In this document: positions 1 to 10,888 of the stretch, piece after piece | Layout: the number at the start of each line of letters is the position of its first letter | Numbering within the stretch: the first letter of the stretch is position 1 | Source of the DNA: an uncultured delta proteobacterium | GTDB taxonomy: Bacteria; Desulfobacterota; Desulfobacteria; Desulfobacterales; Desulfosalsimonadaceae | Assembly: GCA_963826785.1 (NCBI GenBank) | Contig: CAWGYD010000009.1 | Span: forward strand, 24,773-88,772 | Reading direction: 5' to 3' | Length of the DNA stretch: 64,000 nucleotides | Program-made: the position numbers and the translations under genes | Notes under the pieces: model-generated | The model's database searches: none | What the model saw: only the letters and a program-made list of their open reading frames with translations | What the model was told of the DNA's origin: nothing

Positions 1-1
1 T

Positions 2-1519
2 TTACTGGTCGGGATAGCGGTTGTTGATTTCAGTGAATTCATCGATATGGGTCAGGAAAATGTCCACCAGTTCCGGGTCGAACCGCAAACCGCGCTGTTG
101 CTGAATCAAATCGGTTACCCGGGTGATTTCCCATTTTTCCTTATAAATACGCCAATGGGACAATGAATCGAAGACATCGGCCAGTCCGGTGATGCGGCCG
201 AAGATATGGATTTCTTCTCCTTTGAGGCCATTGGGGTACCCGGTGCCGTCCCAGTGCTCATGGTGCTGAAGGGCAACGATTCCCGCGGCCTGCAGGATTT
301 TCCGATCCGATTTTTTAAAGATATCGAACCCGATGGTGGTGTGCGGCTTGATCTTTTCAAATTCATCCGGGGTCAAGCGGCCCGGTTTGAACAGGATGGA
401 ATCCGGAATGGCCACCTTGCCCACATCATGAATCGGGGATACGAGCCTCAGCAGGTCGGCCTCTTCCTGACTCATTCCGGCCTTTAAGGCCAGCAGGTGG
501 CAGAACAGGGAAACCCGGTGGGCATGCTGTCCGACTTCCGGCGATCGGTTTTCCACCACTTCCCCCAACGTCAGCAGCATTTCCTTGTGGGTTTCCACAA
601 TTTCCTTGTTGAGCAGGATATTTTCAAAAGCAATGGCCACATTGCTGGAAAAAATTCGGATAAGGTCCCGGTCCAGCTTGTTCAGATGGCTGCAGCTCTT
701 TAAAAACAAAAGATTCTTTTGACCGTTTTTGGTGGCAAAAAATCCCACATAAATGTCATCGATAAACTGGCTGCGGCCCTCATTCACCGCTTTTTTAAGA
801 TGCTGCAGAATTTCATCGGGAAAAATTTCCGACACGTAATGATTAACGGCATTTTCATACCGGCCCGTGGCGGCCAGGATGACGAAATCCCCCTTTTCAT
901 CCAGGGCGCTGAACCCGGAAAACTGGATGTAAACCGAACTTTCATCCAGCTTCAGAATGGAAATCAATTGCATCAGAACCCCTTTGGCGAATTCACGCAG
1001 GGACTGATTTTCAAACAGGTGCGCCGAGGACTTGATGATGCGCTCGAGACCGATCCGGTTTTTTTCGATAATGCGCAGGTCCCGGTAGGAGCGCAGGGCG
1101 GAAGTGATGGTGGTGAAGAGCTTTTGTACGGTCAGCTCGGTTTTTTCCTTGTACTCGTTGATGTCGTATTCGAGAATGACATCTTTTTCCGGGGCTTTGC
1201 CCGGTTGTCCGGTCCTTAGAATAATGCGCACAAACTGGTTTTTCAGGTCCTGGCGGATAAACCGGGCCAGTTGCAGGCCGGCATCATCTGTTTCCATGAC
1301 CACATCCAGCAGGATGATGGCCGTGTCCGGGTGCTGGGCGAGCAGTTCCCGGGTTTCCTGGCCGGAATACGCGCTTAGAAATTCGAGGGTGCGGCCCTCA
1401 AACTCGTAGTCGCTTAAAACCATTTTGGTAACGTGGTGGACTTCCCCCTCATCATCGGCAATGATGACTTTCCAGATTTTATCGGCTTCGGACCGGCGAC
1501 GGTCGTCCGCATCCGGCAT
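2..1519 (-). CDS. Response regulator with REC, DUF3369-like and HD-GYP domains (putative c-di-GMP phosphodiesterase)
   Basis: N-terminal receiver (IIADDE, ILLDVVME), C-terminal HDVGK...HHEHWDGTGYP; ATG at 1519 has GGGGA upstream (ORF extends to 1603). Confidence 0.9.
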   Translation of the reverse strand: MPDADDRRRSEADKIWKVIIADDEGEVHHVTKMVLSDYEFEGRTLEFLSAYSGQETRELLAQHPDTAIILLDVVMETDDAGLQLARFIRQDLKNQFVRIILRTGQPGKAPEKDVILEYDINEYKEKTELTVQKLFTTITSALRSYRDLRIIEKNRIGLERIIKSSAHLFENQSLREFAKGVLMQLISILKLDESSVYIQFSGFSALDEKGDFVILAATGRYENAVNHYVSEIFPDEILQHLKKAVNEGRSQFIDDIYVGFFATKNGQKNLLFLKSCSHLNKLDRDLIRIFSSNVAIAFENILLNKEIVETHKEMLLTLGEVVENRSPEVGQHAHRVSLFCHLLALKAGMSQEEADLLRLVSPIHDVGKVAIPDSILFKPGRLTPDEFEKIKPHTTIGFDIFKKSDRKILQAAGIVALQHHEHWDGTGYPNGLKGEEIHIFGRITGLADVFDSLSHWRIYKEKWEITRVTDLIQQQRGLRFDPELVDIFLTHIDEFTEINNRYPDQ

Positions 1520-1634
1520 GCGGTTTTCCCCGTGAACCGGATAAATAGCGTTCACGCTTGCCGTTTCTTCTGTTGTGCCCATTACGATATGCCCCGCCTG
1601 CAAGTTTATGGATTTTAAATTTTAATACCATGAT

Positions 1635-4571
1635 TTAATTTGATTTGGCAAGGAATCCTTTTTCATCATCTGATAACAACGGAAGCGAAAAATGCGACCA
1701 GTCCACCGGAATCCGGATCGTTTGCCCCGCTTTGTTGCAAAACAGAATATAGCCGTTAACGCAGCCATAGTTAAATATCTCAAGGGTGATTTTGACATCC
1801 ATCTTGCAGTACTCGATGATTTCGCAGATCCGGCCTTCTTTCCACCATCTCAGGGCCTGGAGGCCGTCCCCGTTTTTCTCCAGGCCCAGCGTCACTTTCG
1901 CCAGATGATTGAGAGAAAGGCGGTAGCCCAGGCGGGCATGAACCGTCTCCAGCAGGTCCAGGGTGGGAAGGGCCCTGAAATTAAAATCGGTGTACCCGCT
2001 CAACACCCGGTAGTCGAAACGTTTGATATTGAATCCCACCACCAGATCCAGGCGCCGGAGATGATCCAGCAGCAGTCCCACATCGGATTCCCGGTATTCC
2101 AAATAGGATCCGGTCTTCGAATCGAATACAATGGCGCAGCTGACCTTCATGCGATGGGCCATGTGCCAGCCGCCCACCTCATCGGCAGAGCACTGGGTTT
2201 CGATATCGAGCACCCCGTAGCGGCAGACGGGTCCGGGAAGCGGTGCGGAAACATCAAGGGCGGGCACGGGCTTTTTGCAGGGTATCGAAACTTTGGCGGG
2301 TGATTTCCGGCCCGGGCGCATGAGCCGGTCGATGATGAACAGGGCGGCGGCCTTGTCGATGGGGCGGTTGCCGGAGCCGCATTTGGGGGAATGGACGCAG
2401 CAGGGGCATCCGGTTTCGCAGGGGCATGATGCGATCACCTCCCGCGTCTTTTCCAGCAGGGCCCCTGCCAGATCGAATGCCTGGCGGCTCAGGCCGATGC
2501 CGCCGGGAATGCTGTCATAGATGAACACGGCCGCATCTTCGACCTGGGGATGGTAGGGAATGGAGATCCCGCCGAAATCATTTCGGTCGGTGAGCACAAA
2601 CAGCGGGCAGATGCCGATGGCCGCGTGTTCGAGCGCGTGGATCCCCCCCATGAAATGCAGCTTTTCCGCATCCGCCTGCGCGTAAATCGCCTGGGGGATC
2701 ACAAACCAGATCCCTTCGGTTTCGAAGATGCGGGGGGGAAGATCCAAAGGAACGAGATTGATCCGTTTTTTGGCATGGATATGTATTTTTTCATATCCGG
2801 TGATCTGATCGGTGACCTTGAGCCGGCCGAAACAGACCCGGGTGCCGCCCACCTGCTTCTGATGCAGGACTTCCAGGATTTCCGTGTCCTTGCTTCCCCT
2901 GGACCGGGTGTAATAAACGGGCCGGGTTTCGGTTACGGCAACGGTCTGGGTGGACAGGTCCAGGCGGTCCACCCGGAAGGTGACGCCCTTGTGCAGATAA
3001 ATGGCCCCCGGATGGGTTTCCGAAAATGCACGGAAACCGTCGATTTCTCCCAGGTGTTCTCCGGTGGCGCTGGATACGATGCTGTAGCGCGAACCCGATC
3101 CACGCAGATCCACTTCCCGGTGGGGCGAGTGGATCGCGGCATACAGGCACTGGCCGTCTCCGCTTCGCAGGAGCCGGCCGGCCTTTTCCAGGTCAAAGAC
3201 GCATTTTTCAACTTCGGGTGTGCGCAAGAACATATCCCCTTCACAGAGGGGGAGTTCGGCTGCCGCGCAGACCAGGTGCTTTTCGAGGATGTTGGGATTG
3301 TGGGGGTTGATCACCGCGGATTCCGGAGCGCTGCTGAAAAACGCATCCGGGTGGCGCATGAAATACTGGTCCAGTGCGTCTTCGCCGGCAATGAGAATGA
3401 CGGCGGACGCGCTGCCCCCCCGCCCTACCCGGCCGCCCCGCTGGAGGGTGGACATGACCGTCCCGGGATACCCCACCAGCAGGCACAGATCCAGATCGCC
3501 GATATCGATGCCCAGTTCCAGGGCGCTGGTGGAGATGACCGCCAGCAGTTCCCCGGAAAGGAGCTTCTGCTCCACCTCCCTGCGCTCTTCGGGCAGAAAA
3601 CCGGCCCGGTAGGCGCTGATCCGGTCTTTGAATGCCCCGCTGCGGCTGCCTGCCCACATGGCGATCAGTTCGGTCAGTTTGCGCGACTGGGTGTAGACAA
3701 TAGTGCGCAGTTCCCGGTGAAGAGCGGACTTGAGCAGCATGATGGCCATATGGGCGGGGCTGTCATCCGGATTGATGAAGATCATGTGGCGTTTTCCCAC
3801 AGGGGCGCCGCTGTCCACTACCGGTTTTACGGAAACCCCTGCCAGGGCTTCGGTCAATTCCTTTGGGTTGGCGATGGTCGCCGAACTGAACACAAACGTC
3901 GGATCACTGCCGTAATGTGCGCAGATCCGCCGCAGGCGGCGAAAAATCTGTGCCATGTGGGACCCCATCACCCCCCGGTAGGTGTGCACTTCGTCCACCA
4001 CCACCATTTCCAGGCGCGAAAACCAATCCCCCCATTTTTCATGAAAAGCCAGAAAGGCAAGATGGATCATCTCCGGGTTGGTCATGATCACGTTGGGCGG
4101 CAAGTTGCGGATTTTTTTCCGATGCCAGGCGGATGTATCCCCGTCATAAATGGCGGCCGTGGGAATGGGATTCTGAGGGCACCGGGCGGCCATGTGCTGG
4201 AAAGTTTTCAACTGGTCCTGGGCCAGGGCCTTTAAGGGGAAAATATAGAGGGCGCGGGAATCCGGCCGATTGAAGATTTTTTCGAACAGGGGGAAGTTAT
4301 AGATGATGGTCTTGCCGCTGGCCGTGGGGGTGGCCACCACCACGTGCCGGCCTTTCCGGATGGCCTGGATGGCCTGGTACTGGTGCGTGTAGAGGGCGTC
4401 GATCCCCATTCCGGCAAGGATCTGAGCCACCGGATGGTTTCGCCACCCGGACACCCGGGCGACTTTTCCGGGTTTGGCATCGATGGTCTTGTGATAGGCT
4501 ACGGTATGCCCCAGCCGTGTGGAAGCTGAAAGAGCGGTTATATACTCATCGATGTCTTTATGGTGGGCCAT
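1635..4571 (-). CDS. DEAD/DEAH-box helicase with DUF1998 Zn site (Hrq1/MrfA/YprA family) fused to a C-terminal DEDD/RNase H-like exonuclease (YprB/MrfB-like)
   Basis: PTASGKT, DEVH, SAT and QRGGRVGR motifs; CPCETGCPCC; C-terminal LDIETQ / GFNIKRFD / YCKMDV exonuclease motifs. Confidence 0.9.
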   Translation of the reverse strand: MAHHKDIDEYITALSASTRLGHTVAYHKTIDAKPGKVARVSGWRNHPVAQILAGMGIDALYTHQYQAIQAIRKGRHVVVATPTASGKTIIYNFPLFEKIFNRPDSRALYIFPLKALAQDQLKTFQHMAARCPQNPIPTAAIYDGDTSAWHRKKIRNLPPNVIMTNPEMIHLAFLAFHEKWGDWFSRLEMVVVDEVHTYRGVMGSHMAQIFRRLRRICAHYGSDPTFVFSSATIANPKELTEALAGVSVKPVVDSGAPVGKRHMIFINPDDSPAHMAIMLLKSALHRELRTIVYTQSRKLTELIAMWAGSRSGAFKDRISAYRAGFLPEERREVEQKLLSGELLAVISTSALELGIDIGDLDLCLLVGYPGTVMSTLQRGGRVGRGGSASAVILIAGEDALDQYFMRHPDAFFSSAPESAVINPHNPNILEKHLVCAAAELPLCEGDMFLRTPEVEKCVFDLEKAGRLLRSGDGQCLYAAIHSPHREVDLRGSGSRYSIVSSATGEHLGEIDGFRAFSETHPGAIYLHKGVTFRVDRLDLSTQTVAVTETRPVYYTRSRGSKDTEILEVLHQKQVGGTRVCFGRLKVTDQITGYEKIHIHAKKRINLVPLDLPPRIFETEGIWFVIPQAIYAQADAEKLHFMGGIHALEHAAIGICPLFVLTDRNDFGGISIPYHPQVEDAAVFIYDSIPGGIGLSRQAFDLAGALLEKTREVIASCPCETGCPCCVHSPKCGSGNRPIDKAAALFIIDRLMRPGRKSPAKVSIPCKKPVPALDVSAPLPGPVCRYGVLDIETQCSADEVGGWHMAHRMKVSCAIVFDSKTGSYLEYRESDVGLLLDHLRRLDLVVGFNIKRFDYRVLSGYTDFNFRALPTLDLLETVHARLGYRLSLNHLAKVTLGLEKNGDGLQALRWWKEGRICEIIEYCKMDVKITLEIFNYGCVNGYILFCNKAGQTIRIPVDWSHFSLPLLSDDEKGFLAKSN

Positions 4572-6052
4572 GTGGTTTCGTCTGAACGGAATCGGGATCC
4601 ATGCAGATTCCGAGAATAACGGCTTCCAGGATGTACCTGGGGGTCTGAACCGATCGCTTCAGCTTTCGGTCCGCATCGGAAAGAAGCTTAATCGATGCGC
4701 AAAGCGCCTGCAACGAAAAATTGTCCGCACGCAGAAACATCTGGTAAACCGGATATGGATTGTTCGGCTGTTTGGCGATCAGCAGGTCGGTTGCCGGTTT
4801 GGCCTTAGACCTGGCCCCGGCTTTTCCCGTTAGCGGAATCCCGGAGGAAAACCAGCTCCAACTCCGGGGTGATGGTCTCATCATAGGCGCGTATGGCGGG
4901 CATAACCGTGTTTTTAAACTGGGTGAAATTCATGCCGGGCTGCCAGACATATCCTTCCGGACCGGCCGCAAATTCCTTGATCAGCAGCAGCCGGCGCATC
5001 TGGTTGGTCAAGGCGCTTAAAATCTGGAGATAATGATATCCCGAGCGCAGAAGCGAGCCCAAAAAATACAGCGCGCGGACGGTGTTTTTTTCGGAGACCG
5101 CACCGGTGAGTTCATAAACGGGATCTTCCCGGGTCTGGTTGAGCACGGTCCGGACATCGGCGGCGGTGATCCGGTTTCGGTCGCTGGCATAGCTGATCAA
5201 TTTCTCCAGGTTGGCGGCAAAGGTCCGCATGTCAAATCCGGTCAGATCGGCCATCATTTCAAAGGCCCCGGCTTCAGCCTGCTTTCCCGATTTTTTCAAT
5301 GTGGCCTGCATGAACTGGCGAAGAACCAGCGATTGTGCGTCACGATCGGCCTTGCGGGTGCCGGATGCCACGCTGCAGTCGACGACGCACCCCTTGTCCG
5401 CCGCAAGCTTGTACAGTGCCGTCCGTTTATCCGCGGTGGCAGAAACCATGATCAGGTAATGATGTTCAGGAAATCCTTTTTCAATGGCGCTTTTGAGCAG
5501 TTCGGCCCCGTTCGCCGTACTTTTTGCCGCAGGTGTTTCCAGGTGTTGCTCGCTGCAGTATCGCGCAAGTTCGGTGATCATGGGAAGATCGGCCACCTGA
5601 TCGTCATCGAGGCCCAACAATCTTACAATGGAATGGTCATCCACCAGATCCCCGGGATCGACACCCGTCCGGCCCAGCAATTCCAGAAACATCTGCGCGG
5701 CGCCGTCGCGATCGGTTTCAAAAACTTTTTTGATCTTATCCAGGTTCTGCCCGGGGGGGGACTGCCGGGATGAAAACAGGGTGTCGTCTCTGAGTTCAAC
5801 GACTTTTTTGCCGGAAAAGAAGGCATAGGTGTTCAGCCGCTCGATGGCATCGACAATATAGCCGTCTTCTCTTGAGGTGATCACCTCGAGATGATGCTTC
5901 TGCGTGCCCGGATCGGGGAGGAGCGCATTCACGATACTGCCAACAGCCTGGTCTCTCAAAAATTCATCGCCATAAATCAAAAAAAGGGGACTCAGATGTT
6001 TGGCGATGGTTTTCAGGTGGCTTTTTAAATCCTTGAAGGCAACTTCAGACAT
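4558..6052 (-). CDS. holA: DNA polymerase III delta subunit, split by one frameshift near 4830-4880
   Basis: LFLIYGDEFL N-terminus and NLEKLISY...ITAADV; the C-terminal helix (LLSDADRKLK...LEAVILGIC) lies in the neighbouring frame, ORF 4558..4884. Confidence 0.8.
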
Positions 6053-6821
6053 GCGATGCGGTGTTTGCTCTTCGTGAAAGAATGATCAGCGTGACGGCGG
6101 CAATTGCGGCAAAGCTGAGGCCGATGGCCTGTGAAATGGACAGCATGTGAAAAATCATCCCGCCCCGGTCATCTCCTCGGAAATATTCGATGATCGAGCG
6201 GGTGCTCCCGTACAGCAGGACATAGATCCAAAAAAGCTGGCCGTCAAAGCGTTTTTTCGTGCGAAGCGAAAATATGATGAAAAAAATGGCCAGATTCGAA
6301 ATGGCGGAATAGAGCTGGGTCGGATGAAGGGGAACATCCAGCGGCGCCAGGGAGTCGGATCGCGTAAACATCACGGCCCAGGGATAGGTGCAGACTTTAC
6401 CATAGCAGCATCCGGCGGAAAAGCAGCCGAGGCGGCCGAAAAAATGGCCCAGGGGAAGGGATACCGCGGCAATGTCGACGGTCTTGCCCAGGGGAAGGCG
6501 GTATCTGCGCAACAGGATGATCACCAGAAGCCCTGCGGCAATGAAACCGCCGTAAAAGACCAGCCCCCCGTTCCAGATTTTGACGATTTCCAGCGGGTGC
6601 TGAAAAAAGAAACGCGGGTTGGTGGCGACATAGAATAATCGGGAACCCACGATGGCCGCGATGACCACGTAAAAACAGAGATCAACGATCTTTTCGTCAT
6701 CGAGGCCCACCCGCCGTGCTTCGTGCCGGGCCATGAAAATGCCGGCAAGGACGCCAAGGGCGACGAAAAAACCATAGGTGTGGATGGCAAAACCATGAAA
6801 ATCGATCAGTATGGGATGCAT
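6045..6821 (-). CDS. lgt: Prolipoprotein diacylglyceryl transferase
   Basis: GGLVFYGG, GRLGCF and HPTQLYS motifs; hydrophobic. Confidence 0.95.
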   Translation of the reverse strand: MHPILIDFHGFAIHTYGFFVALGVLAGIFMARHEARRVGLDDEKIVDLCFYVVIAAIVGSRLFYVATNPRFFFQHPLEIVKIWNGGLVFYGGFIAAGLLVIILLRRYRLPLGKTVDIAAVSLPLGHFFGRLGCFSAGCCYGKVCTYPWAVMFTRSDSLAPLDVPLHPTQLYSAISNLAIFFIIFSLRTKKRFDGQLFWIYVLLYGSTRSIIEYFRGDDRGGMIFHMLSISQAIGLSFAAIAAVTLIILSRRANTASHV

Positions 6822-6830
6822 GAAAATCCT

Positions 6831-7328
6831 TTAAATCGCGGCTTTTCGGAAGACGACGTAGAAGACGAATATGACCATGCCCGCGGTGATGGCGCTGTCC
6901 GCGACATTGAATGCCGGCCAGTGGAGATCACCGGCGTGAAAATCGATGAAATCGACCACCCAGCCGAAGCGGAACCGGTCGATCATGTTGCCCAGCGCAC
7001 CGCCGAAAATCAGTGCGAGTCCGGTTGCAAGCACCGGATACTGGCGCGGGGTCTGGTGGTAGAGATACAGGATCAACCCCATGGCCAGGCAGGAGACCGC
7101 GATGAGCAGAAAACCGTACCCGTTTCCGGCGTGGCGGGCAAAAAAACCAAACGCGCCCCCGGGATTCCGGACGTGAACCAGGTCCAGCACCCCGGGTATC
7201 AGTGAAATCGAATCATGCAGGGGCATCCTGTGCAGTACCATGATCTTGGTCAGCTGGTCGGCAAGGACCACCATGCCTGAAACCACGATCAGCCAGAGAT
7301 ATTTGATTGCAGAGGCCTTGATATTCAT
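6831..7328 (-). CDS. lspA: Lipoprotein signal peptidase II
   Basis: DQLTK, NPGGAFG, GALGNMIDR, VVDF, FNVAD. Confidence 0.96.
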   Translation of the reverse strand: MNIKASAIKYLWLIVVSGMVVLADQLTKIMVLHRMPLHDSISLIPGVLDLVHVRNPGGAFGFFARHAGNGYGFLLIAVSCLAMGLILYLYHQTPRQYPVLATGLALIFGGALGNMIDRFRFGWVVDFIDFHAGDLHWPAFNVADSAITAGMVIFVFYVVFRKAAI

Positions 7329-7329
7329 C

Positions 7330-10116
7330 TCAGGAAGCTGCCGTAAGCCGGGTCAGTACCTGATGACAGCGGCTGCAGACATCCGGCCGATCGTCAAACG
7401 TCCCCACGCTTTCATCATAGATCCAGCACCGCTGGCATTTGTCTCCCGGGGCGGAGGCGACCGAAATGGACATCTGTTCCGAACCGGTCTCGGATGCGGA
7501 GAAAAGAGCGGCATCCGAGACGATGAAAATGGCGGCCAGATCTTCCCGGTACCGGTTTAGCACATCATAGGCGGCCCCGGATGCGGTGATTTTCACGGAG
7601 GCATCCAGGGAATGGCCGATGCGCTTTTCCGCTCTTGCCTTTTCCAGCACCCGGGTCACCTCGCCCCGAACCGCAAGAACCGTTTCCCACCGGGCGGCGT
7701 TCTCATTATCCATAATATTGGGATCTGATGCCGGAAAATCTGCCAGATGGATGCTTTCCTCCCGGTCTTTCGCACCCGGAATGAATTTCCAGATTTCTTC
7801 CCCCGTAAACGGCAGGACCGGCGCCATGATTCTGGCGATGCTGTCCACAATGCAATAGAGCACCGTCTGCGCGCTGCGGCGGGCATTTGAGTCGGGCAGC
7901 GAGGTGTACAGCCGGTCTTTGAGGATGTCGAGGTAAAACGCGCTCAGGTCCAGGGTGCAGTAGTTGTACAGGCAATGGTACACCACGTGGAAATCATAGG
8001 TTTCATAAGCCCGGCGGGTCTTCGCGATCAGCGCCTGCAGGGTGTGGAGCATGTAGCGGTCCATGTCCGGCATCTGCGCCGGATCCACTAAGTGGACCTG
8101 CGGGTCGAAATCAAACAGGTTTCCCAGCATGAACCGGCAGGTATTCCGGATTCGCCGGTACGCATCGCTGAGCTGGGTCAAAATGTTGTCCGAGATGCGG
8201 ATATCATCCTTGTAATCGGATGCCGCCACCCACAGCCGCAGAATTTCCGCGCCATACCGGTCGATCACCTTTTTGGGGGCGATCACGTTGCCAAGGGACT
8301 TGGACATTTTTTTCCCCTGGCCGTCCACCACGAACCCGTGGGTCAGAACGGTCCGATACGGGGGTGCGTCTTTGAGCCCCACGGCGGTGAGCAGGGAACT
8401 GTGAAACCAGCCCCGGTGCTGGTCGCTGCCTTCCAGGTACAGGTCGGCCGGCCATCTAAGATCGGGCCGTTCATCGAGTACCGCCGCATGGCTGACCCCG
8501 GAATCGAACCACACATCGAGAATGTCGTCCTCCTTTACAAAATCGGTGCTGCCGCAGTTTTCGCAGTGCGCGCCTTCCGGCAGGAAATCGGATGCCTGTT
8601 TTTCAAACCAGATGTCGGCCCCGTGTGCCTGAAACATCTTGTAGATACGCTCGATGATATCGACGTTGACCAGCAGGGCCTCGCATTTCCGGCAGTAAAA
8701 CACGGTAATGGGGACCCCCCAGGAGCGCTGCCGCGATACGCACCAGTCCGGCCGGTGCCGGATCATGCCGTAGATCCGCTCCCTTCCCCAGGACGGAATC
8801 CATTTTACCGTGTCGATGGCGGCCAGGGCACGCTCGCGCAGGTCGTTTTTCTCCATGGAAATGAACCACTGGGGCGTGGCCCGAAAGATCACCGGCTTCT
8901 TGCATCTCCAGCAATGGGGATACGAATGGGTGATCCGCCCGTCCGCCATCAGGGAGCCGCCGGAGCGAAGCGTTTCGATGATTGCCGCATCGGCCTCAAA
9001 CACGAACTCATTGGCAAAAAACTGGACATCATCGGTGAAGCGCCCGTTTTCATCCACCGGGGAATAGGCTTCCAGTCCGTACCGGGTCCCCACTTCATAG
9101 TCCTCCCGGCCGTGCCCCGGCGCCGTATGTACGCACCCGGTTCCCGCCTCCAGGGTCACATGGGTCCCCAGGATGATTTCAGAGGGGCGCTCATAGAGGG
9201 GGTGCCGGCAGAATTTGTGTTCCAGGTCGGCAGAGGCGATGTCGGCCACGATGCGATAGGATTCGATATGAAAGGCTTTCATGCATTCTTCCACCAGGTC
9301 CCTGGCCACGATCAGCACTTCTCCCGTACCGATCTCGACGGCGGAATAGACGAAATCCGGGTGCAGCGAAATGGCAAGGTTGGCCGGCAGGGTCCACGGG
9401 GTGGTGGTCCAGATGACGACATACACTTTTTTGCCGCTCAACTGGGGGACAACCGGGCTGAGGTCATCGATCATTTCGAAACGGACGAAAATGGAGGGGG
9501 ATGTTTCATCGGCGTACTCGATCTCGGCCTCGGCCAGGGCGGTCTTGCAGTTGCAGCACCAGTAAATCGGCTTCTTGCTGCGGACCAGGCTTCCCTTCAA
9601 GGCAAATTGTGCGCACAATTTGGCAATGGTCGCCTCGTAGGCATAATTCATGGTCAGGTAGGGATCATCCCATTTTCCCATCACCCCCAGGCGCTTGAAT
9701 TCTTCTCTTTGGATATCGACATATTTTTCGGCATATGCCCGGCAGGCCCTGCGGATTTCCACCTTGGACATGGATTTTTTCTTCGGCCCCAGGTTCTTGT
9801 CCACATTGTGCTCGATGGGCAGCCCGTGGCAGTCCCAGCCCGGCACGAATACGGAGTCAAAGCCGCTCATCTGGTGGGAGCGGACCACGATGTCCTTTAA
9901 AATCTTGTTTAAAGCGGTTCCGATATGGATGTTGCCGTTGGCATAGGGGGGGCCGTCGTGAAGGACGAATGACTCCCGGCCGCGGGCGTGTTCACGGATT
10001 TTTTCATGCAGGCCTTCTTCTTCCCATTTCTTCAACTGTTCCGGTTCGCGGTTCGCCAGGTTCGCCTTCATGGGAAACCCGGTGTCCGGAAGGTTCAGTG
10101 TCTTTTTATACTCCAT
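7330..10116 (-). CDS. ileS: Isoleucine--tRNA ligase
   Basis: [10 protein letters not shown] start, [13 protein letters not shown] (HIGH variant), KMSKS, C-terminal CQRC/CSRC Zn finger; ileS-lspA synteny. Confidence 0.98.
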   Translation of the reverse strand: MEYKKTLNLPDTGFPMKANLANREPEQLKKWEEEGLHEKIREHARGRESFVLHDGPPYANGNIHIGTALNKILKDIVVRSHQMSGFDSVFVPGWDCHGLPIEHNVDKNLGPKKKSMSKVEIRRACRAYAEKYVDIQREEFKRLGVMGKWDDPYLTMNYAYEATIAKLCAQFALKGSLVRSKKPIYWCCNCKTALAEAEIEYADETSPSIFVRFEMIDDLSPVVPQLSGKKVYVVIWTTTPWTLPANLAISLHPDFVYSAVEIGTGEVLIVARDLVEECMKAFHIESYRIVADIASADLEHKFCRHPLYERPSEIILGTHVTLEAGTGCVHTAPGHGREDYEVGTRYGLEAYSPVDENGRFTDDVQFFANEFVFEADAAIIETLRSGGSLMADGRITHSYPHCWRCKKPVIFRATPQWFISMEKNDLRERALAAIDTVKWIPSWGRERIYGMIRHRPDWCVSRQRSWGVPITVFYCRKCEALLVNVDIIERIYKMFQAHGADIWFEKQASDFLPEGAHCENCGSTDFVKEDDILDVWFDSGVSHAAVLDERPDLRWPADLYLEGSDQHRGWFHSSLLTAVGLKDAPPYRTVLTHGFVVDGQGKKMSKSLGNVIAPKKVIDRYGAEILRLWVAASDYKDDIRISDNILTQLSDAYRRIRNTCRFMLGNLFDFDPQVHLVDPAQMPDMDRYMLHTLQALIAKTRRAYETYDFHVVYHCLYNYCTLDLSAFYLDILKDRLYTSLPDSNARRSAQTVLYCIVDSIARIMAPVLPFTGEEIWKFIPGAKDREESIHLADFPASDPNIMDNENAARWETVLAVRGEVTRVLEKARAEKRIGHSLDASVKITASGAAYDVLNRYREDLAAIFIVSDAALFSASETGSEQMSISVASAPGDKCQRCWIYDESVGTFDDRPDVCSRCHQVLTRLTAAS

Positions 10117-10228
10117 GCAGATATTCCTCCGGGGACGTAAAAACCTATAGATATTAAAATTATGTATTTGGGAACAGAGACGCTTGTCAGGCGCTGCAAA
10201 CGATCGAACCCGCATCTAAAAATTTATT

Positions 10229-10258
10229 AATTTAAGCCACATAACGTAGGTGTGTCAA
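10229..10258 (-). promoter_or_regulatory. Putative sigma70 promoter for ileS-lspA-lgt-holA-helicase
   Basis: TTGACA-N18-TAAATT on the minus strand. Confidence 0.45.
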
Positions 10259-10444
10259 GGAAATTAGCACCTTTTGGCCGCCTTTTGCCGGTCCATTCTT
10301 TTTGCGACCGGGATGGCTTGACAAAATCGGTGCGGCCGAATACAGCATAAGGGGTCCATAAATCCCTCTTGCCGGCGCTCCATGCGTCTTGTCGGCGGGA
10401 TAAGATCAATTCCCAACGCAATTTTTCAATATATAAGGGTATCC

Positions 10445-10888
10445 ATGCGGGCAGTCATCCAGCGCGTCAAAAGCGCTTCGGTCACCATCGGCGGCCGGGT
10501 GGCCGGAGAAATCGGACCCGGCCTGATGGTGCTGCTGGGCGTTTCGCCATCCGATGAAACTTCCGACAGTGCTTTTCTGGCCGAAAAAATCATCCATCTG
10601 CGAATCTTCGAAGACGACCAGGGCAAGATGAACCGGTCGCTGGTCGACACCTTCGGCGAAATCCTGGTGGTTTCACAATTTACCCTCTATGGCGACTGCC
10701 GGAAAGGCAGGCGCCCCTCCTTCATCCATGCGGCCGCACCGGAAATAGCCGAACCCCTGTATGAACATTTCATATCCGTCGTCCGGGGAAACGGAATCCG
10801 GGTTCAAACGGGTGAATTCGGCGCCATGATGGATGTGGCCCTGGTCAATTCCGGACCGGTCACACTGATTTTAGAGAGCCGGCCGTGA
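10445..10888 (+). CDS. dtd: D-aminoacyl-tRNA deacylase
   Basis: [25 protein letters not shown]. Confidence 0.96.
   Translation: MRAVIQRVKSASVTIGGRVAGEIGPGLMVLLGVSPSDETSDSAFLAEKIIHLRIFEDDQGKMNRSLVDTFGEILVVSQFTLYGDCRKGRRPSFIHAAAPEIAEPLYEHFISVVRGNGIRVQTGEFGAMMDVALVNSGPVTLILESRP

Noticed and set aside
1635..4571. DISARM or other defence system based on the DUF1998 helicase
   Set aside because: No DrmA, methylase or PLD nuclease neighbours; housekeeping context
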